The notes beneath the pieces were generated by a model that searched no databases, was not told where the DNA came from, and worked only from the letters and a program-made list of their open reading frames with translations. The translations under genes were made by a program, and so were the position numbers. This document shows, one piece after another, positions 63,946-64,000 of a stretch of 64,000 bases of DNA (its first letter is position 1; each line of letters begins with the position of its first letter). The stretch is from Octopus bimaculoides. Lineage: Eukaryota. Location: positions 99,441,485 through 99,505,484 of the forward strand of contig NC_068981.1 in assembly GCF_001194135.2 (NCBI RefSeq), read 5' to 3'.

Positions 63946-64000
<55 letters not shown>
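63826..64000. repeat. Compound (TG)/(TA)/(GA) microsatellite
   Basis: Direct inspection. Confidence 0.9.

Overview
AT-rich, microsatellite- and transposon-dense animal genomic DNA, most likely an octopus scaffold (inferred from the SINE/LINE families and composition), with four N-gaps. I reconstructed three host genes by hand. (1) An intronless WRAP73/WDR8 ORF (18799-20145, +). (2) A complete five-exon DUSP22/DUSP15-type phosphatase (36136 to 27180, -; 216 aa, HCLSGVSRS active site). (3) The first four or five coding exons of a TTLL9 tubulin glutamylase (48419/52479 to beyond 62196, +), which continues out of the window. The DUSP and TTLL9 genes are head-to-head, as human DUSP15 and TTLL9 are, and each has an RFX X-box-like site upstream. 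The remainder is decayed mobile DNA: Penelope-like, L1/Tx1, RTE, CR1, Gypsy and mariner elements, several MITEs (piggyBac-like, mariner-like, and a Merlin-like family with 8-bp TSDs and a telomere-like core) and at least four SINE families. Exon-like segments at 7-12 kb on the minus strand may belong to a fourth, unidentified gene, but this is weak. No CRISPR array, rRNA or genuine tRNA gene is supported. All family assignments come from recognising motifs by eye; no database searches were run.
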